Of a stretch of DNA of 64,000 nucleotides, positions 60,589 to 64,000 are shown in pieces. Made by a program: the position numbers and the translations under genes. Below the pieces are notes generated by a model. It was not told the origin of the DNA, made no database searches, and was given only the letters and a program-made list of their open reading frames with translations. Within the stretch, counting starts at the first letter, position 1; the number at the start of each line of letters is the position of its first letter. This stretch comes from an uncultured delta proteobacterium (GTDB lineage Bacteria; Desulfobacterota; Binatia; UBA9968): the NCBI GenBank assembly GCA_963804165.1, contig CAWDPO010000045.1, positions 245,643 to 309,642 on the forward strand, given 5' to 3'.

Positions 60589-60963
60589 TCAGAAGGGTTG
60601 GAACAACTCGATCGGATTACCAGACGGATCTTCGATGAGGATCTGTTTGCCACCGTTGCCGGTAACGATCGCGTTGCGAAAGCGGCCGCCCGCAGTTTTG
60701 AGTTTTTCGACGGTAGCTTCAAGATCTTCGACTTCGATCTGGATTCGGTTCCAGCCGCCTGGCGTGGGAAGCTGACTATTGGGCATCGCTTGTCCGGCTC
60801 CGCCCGCACCGGGTCGGTTGAGCAGGAGTTGCAAATCGCCGCGCGACAAGCTCGCGAACCCCGGCGCCGGATGCATCTCGACCTTGAAACCGAGCAGGTC
60901 TGTGTAGAAGGGAATAACCTTGTCGACATCGTTGACGATGTAGCGAACATTGACCTTGCCCAT
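60589..60963 (-). CDS. VOC family protein
   Basis: VRYIVNDVD..FYTDLLGF, PGGWNRI, EDPSGNPIELFQP. Confidence 0.9.
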   Translation of the reverse strand: MGKVNVRYIVNDVDKVIPFYTDLLGFKVEMHPAPGFASLSRGDLQLLLNRPGAGGAGQAMPNSQLPTPGGWNRIQIEVEDLEATVEKLKTAGGRFRNAIVTGNGGKQILIEDPSGNPIELFQPF

Positions 60964-61025
60964 GATCTTTCACCTCCGAAAAATGGTTTTGAAAATGACC
61001 GAACGCTTAGTCCTGTGAAAATAAA

Positions 61026-61520
61026 CTAACTTCGACCAGGCTCTTTGTTCGCCGGCGCAAACCCCAGACCGTGGAATGGCAATGGACTACCCGTCTCGAG
61101 CAGGCTCTTGAGGCTCGATAGGATGGCCGGCCAACCATGCTGCGTCGTCTCGAACGTCACGCTCTGCGACTCGAATTCCTCGTGCGTCAAGATAAGCTTC
61201 ACCATAGAGCCGATCGGTTGGAGCTCGAAGGTCAAACGTGAAGCTTGCTCGCGGCGGTGTTGTTCGCTGATTTGCATATGGAATGTGTAGGAAAGTAAAC
61301 GTGGACGCTGCGACTTTAGGACTTCGCCCTGCCAGTCGACGCCGCCGTCTTCCCGCAAATGCCTCACCGGCGAGCCGACGTTCCAATCGGATTCAATGCG
61401 TCTCCCGCCCCAGTAACGGCGGGTGAATTCGCCGTCGGTCAGCGCTTGCCACAGCTTCTCGGGCGTGGTGGCGATGTAATTGACGTAAACAAACTTCGGC
61501 TTTTCCATGCTCTTGCTCAC
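61026..61520 (-). CDS. SRPBCC (Aha1-like) domain protein
   Basis: YIATTPEKLWQALTD, ESDW.VGS, GWPAILSSLKSLLETG; GTG start overlaps the ArsR stop. Confidence 0.9.
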   Translation of the reverse strand: MSKSMEKPKFVYVNYIATTPEKLWQALTDGEFTRRYWGGRRIESDWNVGSPVRHLREDGGVDWQGEVLKSQRPRLLSYTFHMQISEQHRREQASRLTFELQPIGSMVKLILTHEEFESQSVTFETTQHGWPAILSSLKSLLETGSPLPFHGLGFAPANKEPGRS

Positions 61521-61831
61521 GGTCTTTTCCCTTCGAGACCCCTTTTCAAGTCGCTCAACGCGCGCAGACGATGGCGCTCGTATTTGCCAATCCAGCGCTC
61601 GTAAATCTGATGCAACGGCGCTGGATTGAGATAGTGCAATTTCTCGCGCCCACGCCACACGGTAGCAACGAGGTTCGCGGTTTCGAGGATGACCAAGTGC
61701 TTGGTCACCGCCTGGCGCGTCATGTCGAGGTGTTCGCACAGCTCGCTTAGGGTCTGACCGTTGCTCGCATGCAGATGATCGAGCAGTTTTCTGCGGCTCG
61801 GATCGGCGAGCGCCTTGAACACCTCGTCCAC
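61517..61831 (-). CDS. ArsR/SmtB family transcriptional regulator
   Basis: VFKALADPSRRKLLD, RQAVTKHL.ILE.ANLV, GREKLHYLN. Confidence 0.92.
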   Translation of the reverse strand: MDEVFKALADPSRRKLLDHLHASNGQTLSELCEHLDMTRQAVTKHLVILETANLVATVWRGREKLHYLNPAPLHQIYERWIGKYERHRLRALSDLKRGLEGKRP

Positions 61832-61838
61832 TCTCATC

Positions 61839-61868
61839 ACTATATGCAACCAAATAGTTGCATGTCAA
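61839..61868 (-). promoter_or_regulatory. Sigma70 promoter overlapped by a palindromic operator (probable ArsR autoregulation)
   Basis: TTGACA-N18-TATAGT with perfect ATGCAAC-N6-GTTGCAT at 61844-61863. Confidence 0.75.
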
Positions 61869-62100
61869 GCCATCGTCTAAATACTGCCGGTTGAATAGAG
61901 CCGCACGATCTTTTGCGTTCACGCCGCCGACCGAACGATGAACAGCGCAAGCAACGCGTCGAAATCCACAAGTTTTCGGACATTCGAAACTCGCCGTCGG
62001 AGTCCACGACGAGGGAACGCGGCCTCAGGGCCTCATGACACGGAGCCATCGCGCCCTCGCGACGCATCCACGATGCGGGTAAACGGGAACTCTTCTGCCT

Positions 62101-63479
62101 TCACGCCAGCGGCTGCAAACCCTGCAGCAACGTCGGAATCAGCTCCGATACCGTGGGATGGATGTGCATCGCGCGGCTGATCGTCGTGTAAGGCGCCTTG
62201 GCATACATGACGTCGAGCAGCAAATGAATCACTTCGTCGCCGGTGACGCCGAGAATGGCGGCGCCGAGGATCTCCTTGGTGTCCGCGTCGACGACCACTT
62301 TCATGAATCCTTGCGTCTCGCCCTTCTCCACCGCGCGCGCCACGCGGGTCATGGGTCGTGTCGCAACCAGCGCTTTGCGCCCGGACGCTCGCGCTTCGGC
62401 TACCGTCATACCCGCGCGGCCGAGCGGCGGATCCGTGAACAACGCGTAGGTCATGATCCGGTCCGAGACCTTGCGCGGATCGTTGTCGAGAAGATTTGCC
62501 GCAACGATTTCATAATCGTTATAAGAGGTATGGGTAAACGCGCCCCGACGATTACAGTCACCGAGCGCCCAAACCCCCGGAATATTCGTGCGCAGTTGAT
62601 CATCTACTTTGATATATCCGGCGCTGTCGGTTTCTACTCCCGCTTTGTCCAGTGCCAAGTCATTCGTGTTGGGCACCCGACCCACGGCAAGCAACAAATG
62701 AGACCCAATCACTTCCCGGCTCGCCTCGGCGCAGTCCAAACCGACAACGATTCGCTCGCCGTCCCGGCGCGCGCTCATGCATTCCGCGTTCAAGCGGATC
62801 TGGACCCCCTCGCTTTGCAAAATTTCCTGGATGGCGTCGGAAACGTCTTCATCCTCGCGCGCGATCAAGCGCGCGCCCTTTTCGATGATAGTAACGTTGA
62901 CGCCGAAGCGCCGATACATTTGGCCGAACTCCAAGCCAATGTAGCTGCCGCCGATGATGATTAAATGTTCCGGCAAAAAGTCCACGTCCATCATGCTCGA
63001 GTTGGTCAGATAAGGCACTTGATCCAATCCCGGCATCGACGGCACCAGCGCGCGTCCGCCGACGTTAATAAATATTTTGTCGCTCTCCAGTATCTCACCG
63101 TTCACGCGCACCGAGTGAGCGCTCTCGAAACGCGCGTGACCGTGATACACGGGCAGCTCTGAGTCCGCGCATCCACTCTTCCACGCCCTTGTTCGAGCGT
63201 CCGGCAATTTCGTCCTTGCGCGCCTTCACTTGTTTCATGTCGACGCCGACTTTGCCGTCAATCGAAATGCCGTAGTCGCCGGCGCGCCGTGTTAGATGGG
63301 CCGCATACTGCGCTTGCCACCAACGTCTTGGTTGGAATGCAGCCGGTGTTCACACACGTGCCTCCGAAGCGCTTGCGCTCGATGATCGCCACCTGCATAC
63401 CAGCCTCCGACAGACGTGCCGCAAGGGCGGGTCCAGCCTGGCCGGTGCCGATCACGATGGCATCGAATCGTGCGGTCAT
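62101..63479 (-). CDS. FAD-dependent pyridine nucleotide-disulfide oxidoreductase (MerA/RclA-like), frameshifted near the 5' end
   Basis: IGTGQAG, GGTCVNTGCIPTK, IIGGSYIGLE, GRVPN, HIHPTVSE. Confidence 0.9.
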
Positions 63480-63760
63480 AACATTACCTCTTTCGTGCTG
63501 GGTTCATTGTGTGTATTCATTTCCTTCAATCCCCCCGTCAGGCTGAATTGTATCCTATTCGCAACTCAGTTTAAGAGCCTGGGAAATACCGGCTCCGACT
63601 AAAACGTCGACCCAACCAGACCCGCGAAATGCTTATCTCAACAACGGAGCACGAAATCTTCTCCTCACTGCAGGCTAATCCCTGCAGTAAATAGTCATGT
63701 GCTGTGCCTTGACCAAGACAAATCTCTGTAAAATCAATAGAAACTATTTTTCGGCGACGC

Positions 63761-63775
63761 TGGCATCAATGTTGC
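63761..63775 (+). promoter_or_regulatory. Putative sigma54 promoter for a gene at or beyond the window end
   Basis: TGGCATCAATGTTGC (GG-N10-GC) preceded by an AT-rich tract. Confidence 0.55.
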
Positions 63776-64000
63776 GCCGTCTTTTGGCATTCCCGTTACA
63801 AGCAAGTCGTTTCTACATAGTTTCGGGCTCAGTCAGCCGAAGAAAGAAGGAGCTCTTCATTGTCAATCCGCCCACGCCGTCATTCATCGAGCTACGTCGT
63901 CCGCTGTTGGATCAGTCGGATAAGGTTCCCCGAGGAAAGCGCGATTTCATGAACGACGGAAACTGCCTTCGAAGCAATAACAAAGCTCTACGTCTAACGA

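Noticed and set aside
62101-63479. Mercuric reductase merA
   Set aside because: No C-terminal Cys-Cys pair, no NmerA domain and no mer operon genes
63949-64000. Possible ORF start at the window edge
   Set aside because: Too short to support

Overview
GC-rich bacterial chromosomal window dominated by accessory catabolic and uptake genes. The gene content suggests an uncultured soil or sediment Deltaproteobacteria-like lineage such as Ca. Binatia (inference only). It encodes 13 periplasmic solute-binding proteins (9 SsuA/THI5-like, 3 TctC/Bug, 1 AfuA-like) but no ABC permease, ATPase or TctA/B. It also encodes 3 luciferase-like oxidoreductases, 2 amidohydrolases, 2 AMDase/maleate-isomerase-family paralogs, VOC proteins, MmgE/PrpD, a MetE-like enzyme, pgm, Pal, AsmA, an orphan PilB/GspE ATPase with tandem MshEN-like repeats, two GGDEF proteins and an ArsR-SRPBCC-VOC unit. 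No rRNA, tRNA, CRISPR array or transposase was recognised. Several genes are split by single-base indels that cluster in patches and are probably sequencing or assembly errors. Best candidates for undescribed biology: a coupled lipoprotein plus four-Ig-domain secreted protein pair, each with one free Cys (31.5-33.8 kb); a GIY-YIG-like/TM/SPOR fusion; MITE-like ends wrapped around REP-type palindromes; a CPRW-motif single-Cys AMDase-like subfamily; and the orphan solute-binding-protein expansion. All calls come from motif reading; no database searches were run.
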